NCBI GenBank assembly: GCA_963758525.1
Contig: CAVWVQ010000003.1
Location: 96,001-160,000 of the forward strand
Direction of reading: 5' to 3'
DNA length: 64,000 nucleotides
Origin: an uncultured Phycisphaerales bacterium
Lineage (GTDB): Bacteria; Planctomycetota; Phycisphaerae; Tepidisphaerales; Tepidisphaeraceae
Under the pieces are notes generated by a model that saw only the letters and a program-made list of their open reading frames with translations, made no database searches and was not told where the DNA came from. Below are positions 34,496 to 47,415 of this stretch, one piece after another; within the stretch, counting starts at the first letter, position 1; the number at the start of each line of letters is the position of its first letter. Made by a program: the position numbers and the translations under genes.

Positions 34496-34789
34496 TTGGG
34501 AGCGTTATTTGTCAAAATCCGGCAGCTTGTCCTCGGCGGCCGGTATTTGATTGGCCAACACGCTGCCGAGCGTTTGGAGCAGCGCGGAATTCTTGAATGG
34601 CAAATCGTAGACGGGATCGAGAGCGGAACGTTGATTGCGGAGGAGCCCAACGACGTTCCCAATCCATCAGTGGAAGTTCATCAACTGCTGGCAGATGCGA
34701 CTCCCGTCAAGGCCGTGTGGTCGCTTCTGATTTCGATGGACGTCAGCAAACTGGTGACGGTACACTTCTTTGACGAGCAACAACGATGA
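34496..34789 (+). CDS. DUF4258 family protein (putative toxin)
   Basis: Y.IGQHAAERLEQRGI...VKAVW...LVTVHF pattern; start uncertain. Confidence 0.7.
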   Translation: MGALFVKIRQLVLGGRYLIGQHAAERLEQRGILEWQIVDGIESGTLIAEEPNDVPNPSVEVHQLLADATPVKAVWSLLISMDVSKLVTVHFFDEQQR

Positions 34790-35013
34790 ACACTCAAGGT
34801 AAGCGAGTTCGACGCACGCGGTTGGTTCGCACCGACCAATTCGTTGTCGCGGTGGAGGTCGAAGCAGTGATCCCGGACGGCGATCCGAGCGAAGCGTGCT
34901 TCGAGCCTGAAACGGTCGAGCTTCTGCGACAGGTGGAGGCTCGCGCAAAACAGGGCGACATTAACTGGCTGCGCCAGCATGGAAAGGTTTACACCGCTCT
35001 GGGGGCGGCTTGA
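34786..35013 (+). CDS. Small hypothetical protein, putative antitoxin partner
   Basis: ATGA overlap with the DUF4258 gene; 75 aa. Confidence 0.7.
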   Translation: MNTQGKRVRRTRLVRTDQFVVAVEVEAVIPDGDPSEACFEPETVELLRQVEARAKQGDINWLRQHGKVYTALGAA

Positions 35014-35106
35014 ATCGCAACCGCTCGCGCCTATTTGAACTCGATGCGTTCCGCGAAGAACCGAAGCTCGCGTCGTATCGCCGCGTTTCCCCGGGGGTCG
35101 CGGCCG

Positions 35107-35793
35107 CTACCCGTGCTTCGCAGATTCGCCCACCATCACCGGCGCAGCGTCGCCTTGAGATCGCCGTCCCTGCAACACGTGAATGATCGGCGGGATCAGC
35201 GAGATGAAGATGATCGCCAGCACGACCACCTGGAAGTGAGCGTTCACCCACGGAATTCGGCCAAAGCAATAACCGCAGAGGGTGACGCCGACGACCCAGA
35301 AAATTCCGCCGCTGATGCTGAAGAGAATGAAACGCGAGAATGGCATGCGCCCGATGCCGGCGACGAAGGGGGCGAACGTGCGAATGATCGGAACAAAACG
35401 GGCGAGAATGATCGTCTTGCGCCCGTGACGATTGTAGAAACTCTGGGCTTCGAGCAGATGCTTCTTGTTCAGGAGCCAGGAAGATTCGCGGCTGAAAACA
35501 TTGGGACCCAGGCGATAACCCATCAGATAGTTGACCAGATCCCCGCAGTTCGCGGCGACGCACAGAAGCGGGATGAGCACCGGCAGCGAGATGGCCGAAC
35601 TCTTGTAGGCGAGCGCGCCGAGCGCGAAGAGGAGCGAGTCGCCCGGCAGAAATGGTGTCACCACCAGCCCGGTTTCACAAAACACGATGGCAAAGAGGAG
35701 CAAATACAGCTTCGGCCCCATATCCGTCGCCGCCTGATCCAGGTGATGATCCAGATGCAGGAAGTAGTCCACCGCGGTATGCAGCAAATCCAT
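35107..35793 (-). CDS. DedA family membrane protein
   Basis: IVFCETGLVVTPFLPGDSLLF, ARFVPIIRTFAPFVAG. Confidence 0.95.
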   Translation of the reverse strand: MDLLHTAVDYFLHLDHHLDQAATDMGPKLYLLLFAIVFCETGLVVTPFLPGDSLLFALGALAYKSSAISLPVLIPLLCVAANCGDLVNYLMGYRLGPNVFSRESSWLLNKKHLLEAQSFYNRHGRKTIILARFVPIIRTFAPFVAGIGRMPFSRFILFSISGGIFWVVGVTLCGYCFGRIPWVNAHFQVVVLAIIFISLIPPIIHVLQGRRSQGDAAPVMVGESAKHG

Positions 35794-36069
35794 TAGAACG
35801 GCTCCTTGGTCTTTCCACTATCGACCAGTCGAACGATAAACTAAGCACCGCGCTTCCGCGAGGGCCGCTCCCTTTCACGCGATGCGATTGAGCGGTCCGA
35901 TACAATCGGATGCGTGGCGTGGCATCTTGATTACCCGAAACCCGCTTCTACAATCGGCTGAGAACTCGATCCAGATGCACGACGGGCAGGATAATGTCGT
36001 ATAATTGAGGGTGCCGGGTTTGTCTGACTTGTAATCGAGAGGTCGGCCCAAACCGCTGGCTACCAGGAG

Positions 36070-38597
<2,528 letters not shown>

Positions 38598-38625
38598 GCC
38601 GATGGGTCATTTAACCTTCAGCATG

Positions 38626-38655
38626 AGCCGCCCGGACCGCAAGGTCCGGGCGGCT
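38626..38655 (+). terminator. Strong hairpin downstream of clpC
   Basis: 13-bp stem AGCCGCCCGGACC-GCAA-GGTCCGGGCGGCT; weak U tract. Confidence 0.65.
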
Positions 38656-38904
38656 TACATTGGTACGCGTTCGAATCGCTCTGATCCGCTCCGCAACGAT
38701 GGGGGAACTTGGAAAAAGTTGCAAAAATTCTTGGTGCCAAAAGCCCCCAAAATAACATGTAACTCTAGTAACTTATTGCAGTTGGAGCATTTGACTCGGA
38801 GGTCGAACGTTCTAATGATCCCTTAGCAGGAGGCCGATAAGTTCCTTGTGCGGGAACCTGATCGGAACATCCAGCGCGACTCGTCCACGGAATGCTTGGA
38901 CGCT

Positions 38905-41061
38905 ATGTCGAAAAGAACATCCGCCATCTGGGTAGTCTTTACCGTGGCAGCGATGCTGTCGCTCGCTTCGGCAGCAACCATCAACGAGCTGCGGCCCACG
39001 ACAGCCCCGACGTCCGAGCCGGCGCCCTCCCCTGTAGGCCAAGCTATTTCAACCGCTGTTCCCGCTGCAATTCAGGAAAATCCTTATACCTTTGTCCATG
39101 GCCGCCAAGGCTTTTGGCGTGTGGCAAAAACGCCGGAAGGTGTGTGGTGGTTTGTCAGCCCCGACGACCGACGCGAATTTCTGAACCTCGTGGATTCGGT
39201 GCAGCCCATTCTGCATGGACGCGATACGGCGGGTCCCGATTATGTTTCCACCGATTACGACGCCACCGCGCCAAACACGATGGACCGCTGGGCGCAGGCG
39301 AGCGTGAGCCGGGTGCTGAACATCGGGTTCAAGGGCGTCGGCGCCTGGTCGGCGCCCTCGCTGCACAACTGCAACATTCCAATGACCCAGGACCTGAACA
39401 TCTCGTCCTGGGCTCGCAGCAGCAACGCCCTGCTCTTCAGTCCGGAATGGAGCAAGGCGGCTGAGGACGCAGTTAAAACGCAGGCCGCCCCGCTGCGGGA
39501 GAATCGGAATCTGGTTGGCTATTACCTCGACAATGAAGTGGACTGGGAGGATGAAACCGGAAGTCCCGCCACCTACTTCAACAATCTGCACCTTGATGAC
39601 CCGAATCGAAAAGAGGTGCTTGGCGTCATTGAGTCTGTCTGGCAAAGCGTGACGGCATTCAACGGCGACTGGGGCCTGAGCCTGAAAGATTGGACCGGTC
39701 TTTCCAGCCTTCAGACGCTCCCCCGCAGCAGCGGCAGTGCCTACGACCGCCTCAGCAGCGCGTGGCTCTCTCACCTGGCGGACAGCTACTTCCGGATCAC
39801 GACGACGCTGCTCAAAAAATACGACCCCAATCATCTCGTGCTCGGCGTCCGCTACCGCGGGTCCGTGCCCGCCGAGGTGGCGCGGGCGTCTCGTCCATAC
39901 ACCGATGCCCAATCGCTGAATTATTACGTCTCCGACGCCAAGGCCGACGCGGACCTCTTCCGCATGATTGCCGACGAGTCAAAGCAGCCGCTGATCATCA
40001 GCGAATACTCGTTCCACTCCCTCGATAACCGCAGCGGCGATCGCAACCTGATCGGCTTCGATGCACAAGTGCCCGACCAGGAAGCTCGCGGCGAAGCGTA
40101 TCGGCAGATGACGACACGGTTGGCGCGAGTTCCCTATGTCATCGGCGCCGACTGGTTTCAGTGGGCGGACGAGCCGTCCAGCGGTCGGGACGCGGACGGC
40201 GAAGACGTGAACTTTGGCGTGGTTGACGTGGACGATCACGCCTACGAGCCGCTCGCCCGCGCAGTGCGCGAAACAACGCCGCAGCTTGATGATCTGCATG
40301 GCCGCAGCCCCTCGGACGATGACGCGGATGTGTGGCGCGAGAGTTTTCTCACTGACCGCCCTGTTGGGAAAATTCCATTCCTGACGCAGCCAATCAAGCT
40401 CGATGGTCGTCTCAACGACTGGCCCGCGGAATGCCGTATCCACGGGATGCGGACCGACAAGGTCGTCGGAAGCGAGCGCAATCATCTCCCGCCGCCCGAC
40501 GTCTACCTCGGATGGACCGTGGATGGCGTGTATCTTGGATTCACCGTCTACGATAACGACATCGAGGCCGCGCCTGCCGCCGGCTGGTGGTGGGCGCGCG
40601 ACAGCGTCGAGTTCTGGCTCGCGACCCGTCCGCCGCGCAGCGATCAGCGCGATTACGACGAGTTCGACCACCACTTCTTCTATGTTCCGATTGATTATCC
40701 GACCCTGAGCGGCGCCTCGGGTGTCGTCGGTCAATGGCATTCCCCCGGCGACGCGATTGCCGATCACCTCATCCCCGACCCTGACATTCGCCAGGCGAGC
40801 CGCATTCTTTCGGATCGATATACCGTCGAGATGTTCATCCCCGCCAAGGCGCTGCACGGCTATGACCCCAAGCACCAGCCGATGATGGCGTTCAATTTCC
40901 ACGCCCGCGACTACCAGCACGCGGCTGAGTACTTCTGGTCGGCGCCCAAGCAGGTGCAAACACAGGCCCATCCGAATTCGTGGGGGCTGATCAGTCTGAT
41001 GCCTCCAGGACCGGTTGCTCCGGTTTTAGCGGGGCTGCAGCCGCAAGCGCTCGCGAAATAA
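38905..41061 (+). CDS. Secreted GH50/beta-agarase-like clan GH-A hydrolase with C-terminal CBM9/DOMON-like domain
   Basis: Signal peptide, WWFVSPD, GF..VGAWS, GYYLDNE, DPNHLVLGVRY, ISEY, GADWFQWADEP..GR.DGE..NFG; then LDGRLNDW...DSVEFW...YTVEMFIP. Confidence 0.75.
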   Translation: MSKRTSAIWVVFTVAAMLSLASAATINELRPTTAPTSEPAPSPVGQAISTAVPAAIQENPYTFVHGRQGFWRVAKTPEGVWWFVSPDDRREFLNLVDSVQPILHGRDTAGPDYVSTDYDATAPNTMDRWAQASVSRVLNIGFKGVGAWSAPSLHNCNIPMTQDLNISSWARSSNALLFSPEWSKAAEDAVKTQAAPLRENRNLVGYYLDNEVDWEDETGSPATYFNNLHLDDPNRKEVLGVIESVWQSVTAFNGDWGLSLKDWTGLSSLQTLPRSSGSAYDRLSSAWLSHLADSYFRITTTLLKKYDPNHLVLGVRYRGSVPAEVARASRPYTDAQSLNYYVSDAKADADLFRMIADESKQPLIISEYSFHSLDNRSGDRNLIGFDAQVPDQEARGEAYRQMTTRLARVPYVIGADWFQWADEPSSGRDADGEDVNFGVVDVDDHAYEPLARAVRETTPQLDDLHGRSPSDDDADVWRESFLTDRPVGKIPFLTQPIKLDGRLNDWPAECRIHGMRTDKVVGSERNHLPPPDVYLGWTVDGVYLGFTVYDNDIEAAPAAGWWWARDSVEFWLATRPPRSDQRDYDEFDHHFFYVPIDYPTLSGASGVVGQWHSPGDAIADHLIPDPDIRQASRILSDRYTVEMFIPAKALHGYDPKHQPMMAFNFHARDYQHAAEYFWSAPKQVQTQAHPNSWGLISLMPPGPVAPVLAGLQPQALAK

Positions 41062-41173
41062 TTGGGAATGCACAGGTTGATGCCTTCGTGCAGCCGCCGA
41101 GCTGTCCGCGGTGTCTTCCAGCGTTCAGCAAATGGCGCGAGCACGGTCGGCGGTTACACGATGGAACAGGCGC

Positions 41174-41208
41174 AAAAAGAGGCCCGGAAAACGTTGTTTC
41201 CCGGGCCT
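41174..41208 (-). terminator. Intrinsic terminator on the minus strand
   Basis: Minus strand AGGCCCGGGAAAC...TTTTCCGGGCCT followed by CTTTTT. Confidence 0.75.
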
Positions 41209-41318
41209 GCTTCAGTGTGTCTCTGCTGTGGTAGCTGAATAACCCTCGGGTCATCCACGGCTACCGAGCTGCTCAAGCAGCTGCGTGCACCGCAGGAATC
41301 GCACCATGCGGTTGCTGC

Positions 41319-41354
41319 TTAAAGCAGCCCACACGTACAGTCACAATTGGTCAC
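41319..41354 (-). CDS. Candidate 11-aa micro-peptide (M)TNCDCTCGLL
   Basis: GGAGGTGATCC immediately before GTG; TAA at 41319; hairpins and a terminator downstream. Confidence 0.45.
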   Translation of the reverse strand: MTNCDCTCGLL

Positions 41355-41749
41355 GGATCACCTCCATTTCACGCGGGCAACGATCGCGGCTGTTACCTGC
41401 CGTCAAAAAGTGCCCGAAGCCTTGCCCAGCCGTCGCGAAATTCGCCGCCAGGCTCTTTCTCCCGGCAACGCCTTGCCGGGAACATCACCGACTTCCAGAT
41501 CCGCATCTGAGGTCGGCAGAACGCTGATATAATATGTGCGCAAAGGTGCAAAAAGCGAGCAAAATATTGGGGCGATTGGCAGGATTTTTTTGAGCTGCGT
41601 TCAAACTGGATCCGCGAAGGGCAAGCTTCCACAGGCGAGGTTGAAACTTCGGACCTCTTCCCTACCCCAAACGGAAAAGGCCTACTGCTATTAGGCTGAT
41701 ATCAGTTGAAGCTTCCCCCGGTACTCCCGGGGAAGCTACAATACTCCGC

Positions 41750-41974
41750 ATGCCCAACGCACAGCAGACCCTGGATCGCGACTATCTGGAGATGCGATGG
41801 CGATGCCTCTCGCTCGCTGCCGATCTCGATCGCGTGCAGCGCGCAGAGAGCGGCAAATCCGTGCTCGCATCCGATCCTCGTGTCCAGCGGCTTCGCCAGG
41901 CGATCGCGATTCTCCTTCGCGACGAGCCCGGCCGTGCCGAGGCAGTTCAAAACATTTTCAGTGATCAATCGTAA
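41750..41974 (+). CDS. Small helical hypothetical protein
   Basis: LDRDYLEMR..CLSLAADLDRVQRA...RAEAVQ.IFS; TACAAT-N7-ATG. Confidence 0.75.
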   Translation: MPNAQQTLDRDYLEMRWRCLSLAADLDRVQRAESGKSVLASDPRVQRLRQAIAILLRDEPGRAEAVQNIFSDQS

Positions 41975-42060
41975 GAACCGGTTTTCAGTGTTCTGCGTCA
42001 AGTTCTCCGTTGGGATCATCCGAATGAAAACTGAAATCGAAAACTGAGAACCGAAGACGA

Positions 42061-42898
42061 ATGAACCTCATCGATCCTCACATTCACTGCGTCAGCCGAA
42101 CGACCGACGACTATCAGTTCATGGCCCGTTGCGGTGTCGTCGCGGTGTCCGAACCGGCGTTTTGGGCCGGGTACGATCGCTCGACCGCGTCCAGCTTTGC
42201 AGACTACTTCCGTCACCTGATGAGCGTCGAGCCCCTGCGTGCCGCTCGTTACGGCATCGACCACTACTGCTGGCTTTGCATCAACGCCAAGGAGGCTGAG
42301 AACGTCTCTCTCGCGCGAAGTGATCCAACTGATCCCCCCGCTGCTCGATCATCCGCGCGTTCTCGGCGTCGGCGAAATCGGATTGAACAAGAACACGCGG
42401 AATGAGATCACCATCTTCGAAGAACAGGTCGATCTTGCCGCCCGGCACGATCAGATGATTCTGATTCACACGCCGCACTTGAACGACAAGCACAAAGGCA
42501 CGTCGATCATCACCAGCATTTTGAAGAACGATCGCCGTATCCGGCCGCAGCGCGTGCTGATCGATCACTGCGAAGAGCACACCATCCGCATGGCCAGGGA
42601 GGCCGGCTTCTGGGCCGGGCTGACGGTTTATCCCGTAACCAAGGTCACGCCTCAACGAGCTGTGGACATCCTGGAAATGTTCGGTCCAAACATGATCTGC
42701 GTAAACAGCGCCAGCGATTGGGGTGAATCCGGCCCGCATCATCTGGTCGATACCTGCCTGGAGTTCCGTCGCCGAGGTCACAGCGAAGCAGAAGCGCTCG
42801 ACATCTTCCACGACAATCCGTGCCGGTTCTTCGGCCAATCGCCGAAGTGGAAAGTCGCTCCCCGTGGCACACATGGCACGGGCTTGCGACCTGTGTAA
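42061..42898 (+). CDS. TatD-family metal-dependent hydrolase (EboB-like); frameshift near 42315
   Basis: IDPHIH..SRTTDDY, EPAFW, VGEIGL, IHTPH..K, IDH, NSASDWG. Confidence 0.88.
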
Positions 42899-42992
42899 GC
42901 TGCGTCAAGAGTTGAATAAATCAAGTTTCACTTTTGCAGGCCGCGATTGTTTTCCCACCAAGTCGCCAACACGGGCAGGATGCCCGTGCCAC
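42874..42992. repeat. REP-like inverted pair
   Basis: TGGCACGGGCTTGCGACCTGTG ... CACGGGCAGGATGCCCGTGCCAC between convergent genes. Confidence 0.65.
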
Positions 42993-43063
42993 TAAGATCC
43001 GCTTGAGAGAGGAGGCAGCGTTGCGTGCCGTGTTGCGCGAGGATTCGCTTCCGGCCGACAATG

Positions 43064-43618
43064 CTATGCCTTAGCGGGGAAGAACTCAGCGACTTTGCAG
43101 CGGAAATCAGGGATGACGTCGCAGGTGATTTCGTCCTGCTCGTGAAGGAAGACCGCGCCCTGCGGGCTGCGCACCATCACGGTTCGCGTGACCGGATCGA
43201 CAACCCATATCAAGACGAAGCCGTTCTGCAGATAGTCTTCAACCTTGGCAGAGATCTCCGAGGCGAGATCGTTCGGAGAGAGAACCTCAATAGCCAAGTC
43301 GGGCGGAATTCGGAAGTAACCCGATTTCGAATCGATGCCAGTCATGCGACTGGTGCGCATCACTGAAGCGTCCGGCTTGCGAAATTTTGCGGGATCCTCT
43401 GCAAAACATTGATAGCCCATGCTGGCGGGATAAACGCGGGCAATTCCAGTTTTGGCCGCCGCGACGCGAAGCAGGGAGCCGACGATCAACTCGATCTCAC
43501 TGGAATCAATGCTCACCGGCTTCTCCAGGATTTCTCCGTCGACGAAATCCACCCCCGGCTCATCCTGCAGATGAGCAAGATCGCTGACCGAAACCGGAAT
43601 GGTTTGAATGCTTGCCAT
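43064..43618 (-). CDS. Uma2 family endonuclease
   Basis: VDGEILEKP, RKPDAS, PPDLAIEVLSPND, KVEDYLQNG..LIWVVDP. Confidence 0.92.
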   Translation of the reverse strand: MASIQTIPVSVSDLAHLQDEPGVDFVDGEILEKPVSIDSSEIELIVGSLLRVAAAKTGIARVYPASMGYQCFAEDPAKFRKPDASVMRTSRMTGIDSKSGYFRIPPDLAIEVLSPNDLASEISAKVEDYLQNGFVLIWVVDPVTRTVMVRSPQGAVFLHEQDEITCDVIPDFRCKVAEFFPAKA

Positions 43619-43655
43619 AGCAGATCAAGATGGATTCTAGCAGAACTGGGAGTAT

Positions 43656-44483
43656 CTATCTTCCTTTTTCCAACAGTTCCCTCCATGCGCCTGGGCTTAC
43701 CTGCGCATAGTAGCGACCGTCCGCACAAGTCACCTTCATCGGACATCCGTAGACCGGCTCAAGCACCTGGGCGCGTAACACTTCGGACAAGCTTCCGGCC
43801 GCCGCGGCGGCTCCATCACTCAGCAGCAAGACCTGCGTTGTGGCCGGCGGCAGTTCTTCGAGATGATGGGTGATCATCAAAATCGTCGGGCGATCCGGGC
43901 CGCTGGTCAGCATCGCTTCGATGGACGCCAGAACCTGCTCGCGCGCTCGCAGATCAAGGCCATTGGTCGGCTCATCGAGCATCAGCAGTCTTGGCTTTTG
44001 CACCATTGCCCGGGCGATGAGCGCGCGCATCCGCTCCCCGGTGCTGAGCGTCGCGTAACGATGATTTCCTACCGCGTGCAAGCCAACCAAGTTGAGCATT
44101 CGGCCCGACTCCGTTCGCATTTCTTCGGTGATGGGATCGTAGAGTCCGAGCGTTCCGAAATAGCCGGTCAACACAACGTCAACCGCCGTGAGATCGCCGT
44201 CCATCTCGACGGCGCTGTTGGGCTGCACCAGTCGGATGCCGCGGCGCAGTTCGTGGAGATCGACTTCTCCGAAATGCTCGCCGAGCACTCGCACGTCGCC
44301 GCGCGTGGGCCAGAGATGACCGGCGATGACGCGCGTGAGCGTGCTCTTGCCGCTGCCATTGGGACCGAGGATCGCGGCACACGCCCCCGCCGGTACGGTC
44401 CAGGTGATGTCGCGCAGGATCCAGCGCTGGTCACGGATGACGCCGACGCCGGATAATGCAATTGCCGGTTGATTGCCTATCAT
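43656..44483 (-). CDS. ABC transporter ATP-binding protein (ModF-like)
   Basis: GPNGSGKST, LSTGE, LMLDEP, ITHHLEE. Confidence 0.9.
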   Translation of the reverse strand: MIGNQPAIALSGVGVIRDQRWILRDITWTVPAGACAAILGPNGSGKSTLTRVIAGHLWPTRGDVRVLGEHFGEVDLHELRRGIRLVQPNSAVEMDGDLTAVDVVLTGYFGTLGLYDPITEEMRTESGRMLNLVGLHAVGNHRYATLSTGERMRALIARAMVQKPRLLMLDEPTNGLDLRAREQVLASIEAMLTSGPDRPTILMITHHLEELPPATTQVLLLSDGAAAAAGSLSEVLRAQVLEPVYGCPMKVTCADGRYYAQVSPGAWRELLEKGR

Positions 44484-44511
44484 GTCGCGTCCAAACTACG
44501 AGGTCCGCAGC

Positions 44512-46228
44512 ATGGTCGCAACCGCAACTTCCAACCGATTGGTTCCCGAGAATCTGAATTGCTCTGAGTTTTCCCGGCTCGAGCCGCTTTATATCGCGCT
44601 GCTCGAGCGGAGGCTTCATACGCTCGAAGAACTCGTCGCCTGGCTGGAGGATTTCTCCGCGCTCACGGCAGTCGTCGACGAATACGGCAGCCGGCGCTAC
44701 ATCGACAAAAGCTGCCACACCGACGACGCCGCCATGGAGCAGGCCTATCTGCATTTCGTCGAGCAGATCGAACCGAAAATCAAGCCGCTCTATTTCCAAC
44801 TGCAGAAGAAATTCCTCGAATCACCCGCACGGGCGCAACTGACAGAAGAGAAGTTTGCGATTCTGGGGCCAAATGGTCGGCCGACGTGGAGATTTTCCGC
44901 GAGGAGAACGTGCCGCTGGATACGCAGGTGACAAAGCTGAGCAACGAATACGACAAGCTTTGCGGCGCGCGGGTGGTTCACTTTCGCGGCAGCGACTACA
45001 CGCCGCAGCAGATGGGCCGGTTTTCCGAGGAGACCGACCGCGCCACTCGCCAGGAGGCATGGGAAGCCAACACCAGCCGTCGCGTGCAGGACCGCGGCGC
45101 GGTCGATGCGATCTTCGATCAGCTTCTCGCGTTGCGGAAACAGATCGCGCAGAACGCCGGCTTCCCCGATTATCGCGCGTACACCTGGCGGCAATACAAG
45201 CGGTTTGATTACACGCCCGAGCAATGCCTGGCGTTTGCCGACAGCATTGCCCAGACATGCGTTCCGCTGGCCTCAAAGCTGGCGCGGGAACGAGCCGATG
45301 CGCTGCGCGTGCCGGCGCTGCGCCCTGGGATCTGGACGTCGATATCAAGGGACGTCCGCCGCTGCGTCCGTTCGAGGAGAATCGCGTCGATCTGTTTGTG
45401 GATAAAACGCGTGAGATTTTCAATCGTCTTTCGCCGCAGCTCGCGGGCGAATTTGACGAGCTGTCGGCTCACCAGAATCTCGATCTGGCCAGCCGGAAGG
45501 GAAAGCAGCCGGGCGGCTACCAAATGTCGCTGGAGCAGAGCCGCCAGCCATTTGTGTTCATGAACGCGGCGGGTTTGCAGCGCGATGTCGAAACCTTGCT
45601 GCATGAAGGCGGTCACGCATTTCATTTTCTGGCGGCGTGCCGGCACGAGCCGCTGGTTTTTCTGCGCAGGCGCCGATGGAGTTCTGCGAAGTGGCGAGCA
45701 TGTCGATGGAGTTGCTCGGCAGCGAGCACTTCGACGTGTTCTACAGCAATCCGGCCGACAGCGCCCGCGCCCGCCGGAAGCTTCTGGAAGGGATTGTCGG
45801 CATTCTTCCCTGGATCGCGATCATCGATTCGTTCCAGCACTGGCTCTACACCACGCCTGATCCGTCCGGACCGGCGCGAACCGACGAATGGCTTCGGTTG
45901 ATGGATCGCTTCTGGCCGGACGTGGACTGGAGCGGATACGAGCCGGCACGCGCATGCCACTGGCAACGCCAGTTACACCTGTTCCATGCGCCGTTTTACT
46001 ACGTGGAATATGGAATCGCGCAGCTCGGCGCGCTGCAGCTGTGGCTCAAGGCGCGAGCAAGACCCCCGCGCCGCGCTCGGTGGTTACCGGGCGGCTCTGG
46101 ACCTGGGAGGGACCAGGACGCTGCCCGAGCTTTTTGCCGCGGCGGGAATTGTTTTCGATTTCTCGGGGAAGACGCTGCGCCCGCTGATATCGGCCCTGAC
46201 GGACGAACTTGAGATGCTCCCAGCGTAA
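44512..46228 (+). CDS. M3 family oligoendopeptidase; four apparent frameshifts (near 44865, 45320, 45665, 46060)
   Basis: RFDYTP, DLASRKGKQPGGY, LLHEGGHAFH zinc motif, EFCEVASMSME, FQHWLY, WQRQLHLF..PFYYVEYGIAQLGA. Confidence 0.9.
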
Positions 46229-46271
46229 ACAATACGCTCCGCTGCGCGTCGCGGCTAACCTGGAAATCGGA

Positions 46272-46703
46272 TCAGGACCACTCCTCTATGAGCGAGCGGA
46301 CGAGCCTTTCGATCTCGGTCAGCGCCTGATCGGCCGTGGCTTGATCGAGATCGTGAACGTGCCAGTATTCGATCCGGTCGGACCATGCCGGGAACCGCGC
46401 CGCCATCATTGGCCGGTGCTCGGCTTCCTTCAGCGCGATGATCTTTGCGCTCAGATGCAAATCGTTCTCTGACAAATCGCGCGGCAGGCGAGGCGGCATC
46501 GACACCGCCACCCCCAGCTTCTGCAGCGCGATTGCCGTCGCCGGTGACATCGGGCCGATGTTGAAGATTCCCCGAGCAAGATCCAGGGCGCGAGAGTCCG
46601 CGCGCCAATCCAGGTTCCGCTCGGCGGCGAGGTGATTGAACAGCTCCTCGGCAAATCTGCTGCGGTAATAGTTCCCGGTGCAAAGAAACAGCAATTGCGG
46701 CAT
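46272..46703 (-). CDS. Low-molecular-weight phosphatase (LMW-PTP/ArsC fold)
   Basis: LLFLCTGNYYRSRFAE CX5R loop. Confidence 0.88.
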   Translation of the reverse strand: MPQLLFLCTGNYYRSRFAEELFNHLAAERNLDWRADSRALDLARGIFNIGPMSPATAIALQKLGVAVSMPPRLPRDLSENDLHLSAKIIALKEAEHRPMMAARFPAWSDRIEYWHVHDLDQATADQALTEIERLVRSLIEEWS

Positions 46704-46796
46704 GCTCAGCACCTCCTTCCTTACCCGGTTAGCCGCGACGCGCAGCGGAGCGTGTCGGAACGCGCGCTCGCGCGCGTTGCGCCCCGGCCGGCACCC

Positions 46797-47297
46797 CTAC
46801 TCGAACGCCCTTCGCAGGCACGCCGCGACGATGCGATCCTGTCCGAAGCCGAACTGTTCCGGGGCGGGAAGCCGTGACGGAGCAAACCAGCAAAACTCCT
46901 CGGCTTCTCCTCCCGCCCTCGGCTCTCCCGTCAACGGGACGACGAAGTTCAACGTTAACGCGTGCTGCCTGGGGTCCACGCTGCCGATTCCCCTCGCGGT
47001 GGTGAAATACTGACATACGTAAGCAGGCTGGGGGTCTGCCTCGAGCGTAAACGCGATCCGGGCGCCCAGTGTCTCGCGAAGCTGCCGGGTGATCGCCTCG
47101 GCAATCGACTCATTGCGCCACAATCGCCCGCCAACGACGCACCATCGCCGCCCCTGATGGGGTGTGTCGCGGGAAATCAGCCCCACGCGTTCAACTTTGC
47201 CCGACGAATCCACCATGACCGGCACCACGTCCACGCATGCGATGGGCATCGTGTCCTGAGCGCGTTTCCAGTCTGCAGCTTCCAGCCATCCCGACAT
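46797..47297 (-). CDS. NUDIX-fold protein (DUF4916-like)
   Basis: PIACVDVVP, GGRLWRNESIAEAITRQLRETLG, DPRQHA. Confidence 0.85.
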   Translation of the reverse strand: MSGWLEAADWKRAQDTMPIACVDVVPVMVDSSGKVERVGLISRDTPHQGRRWCVVGGRLWRNESIAEAITRQLRETLGARIAFTLEADPQPAYVCQYFTTARGIGSVDPRQHALTLNFVVPLTGEPRAGGEAEEFCWFAPSRLPAPEQFGFGQDRIVAACLRRAFE

Positions 47298-47415
47298 CCG
47301 AGTCACCTTTCGTTTGTTTCGCTGAAGCGTGTGCCGTCAACGTCCCGCATTCCGATGTATACTCTCATCGGCTCATCAATGGGAGTGAGTGACCGCGAAC
47401 CAACAAAGGATTTCC

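Noticed and set aside
35800..36069. CIRCE or CtsR operator upstream of clpC
   Set aside because: No TTAGCACTC-N9-GAGTGCTAA or tandem GTCAAA repeat visible
41355..41365. 16S rRNA gene 3' end (GGATCACCTCC)
   Set aside because: No other 16S sequence upstream; better read as an extended SD on the minus strand
46272..46703. YwlE-type arginine phosphatase partner for the Clp_N-ArgC/ClpC region
   Set aside because: The loop is CTGNYYRS rather than CTGNTCRS and the gene is about 8 kb from clpC; no support for pArg specificity
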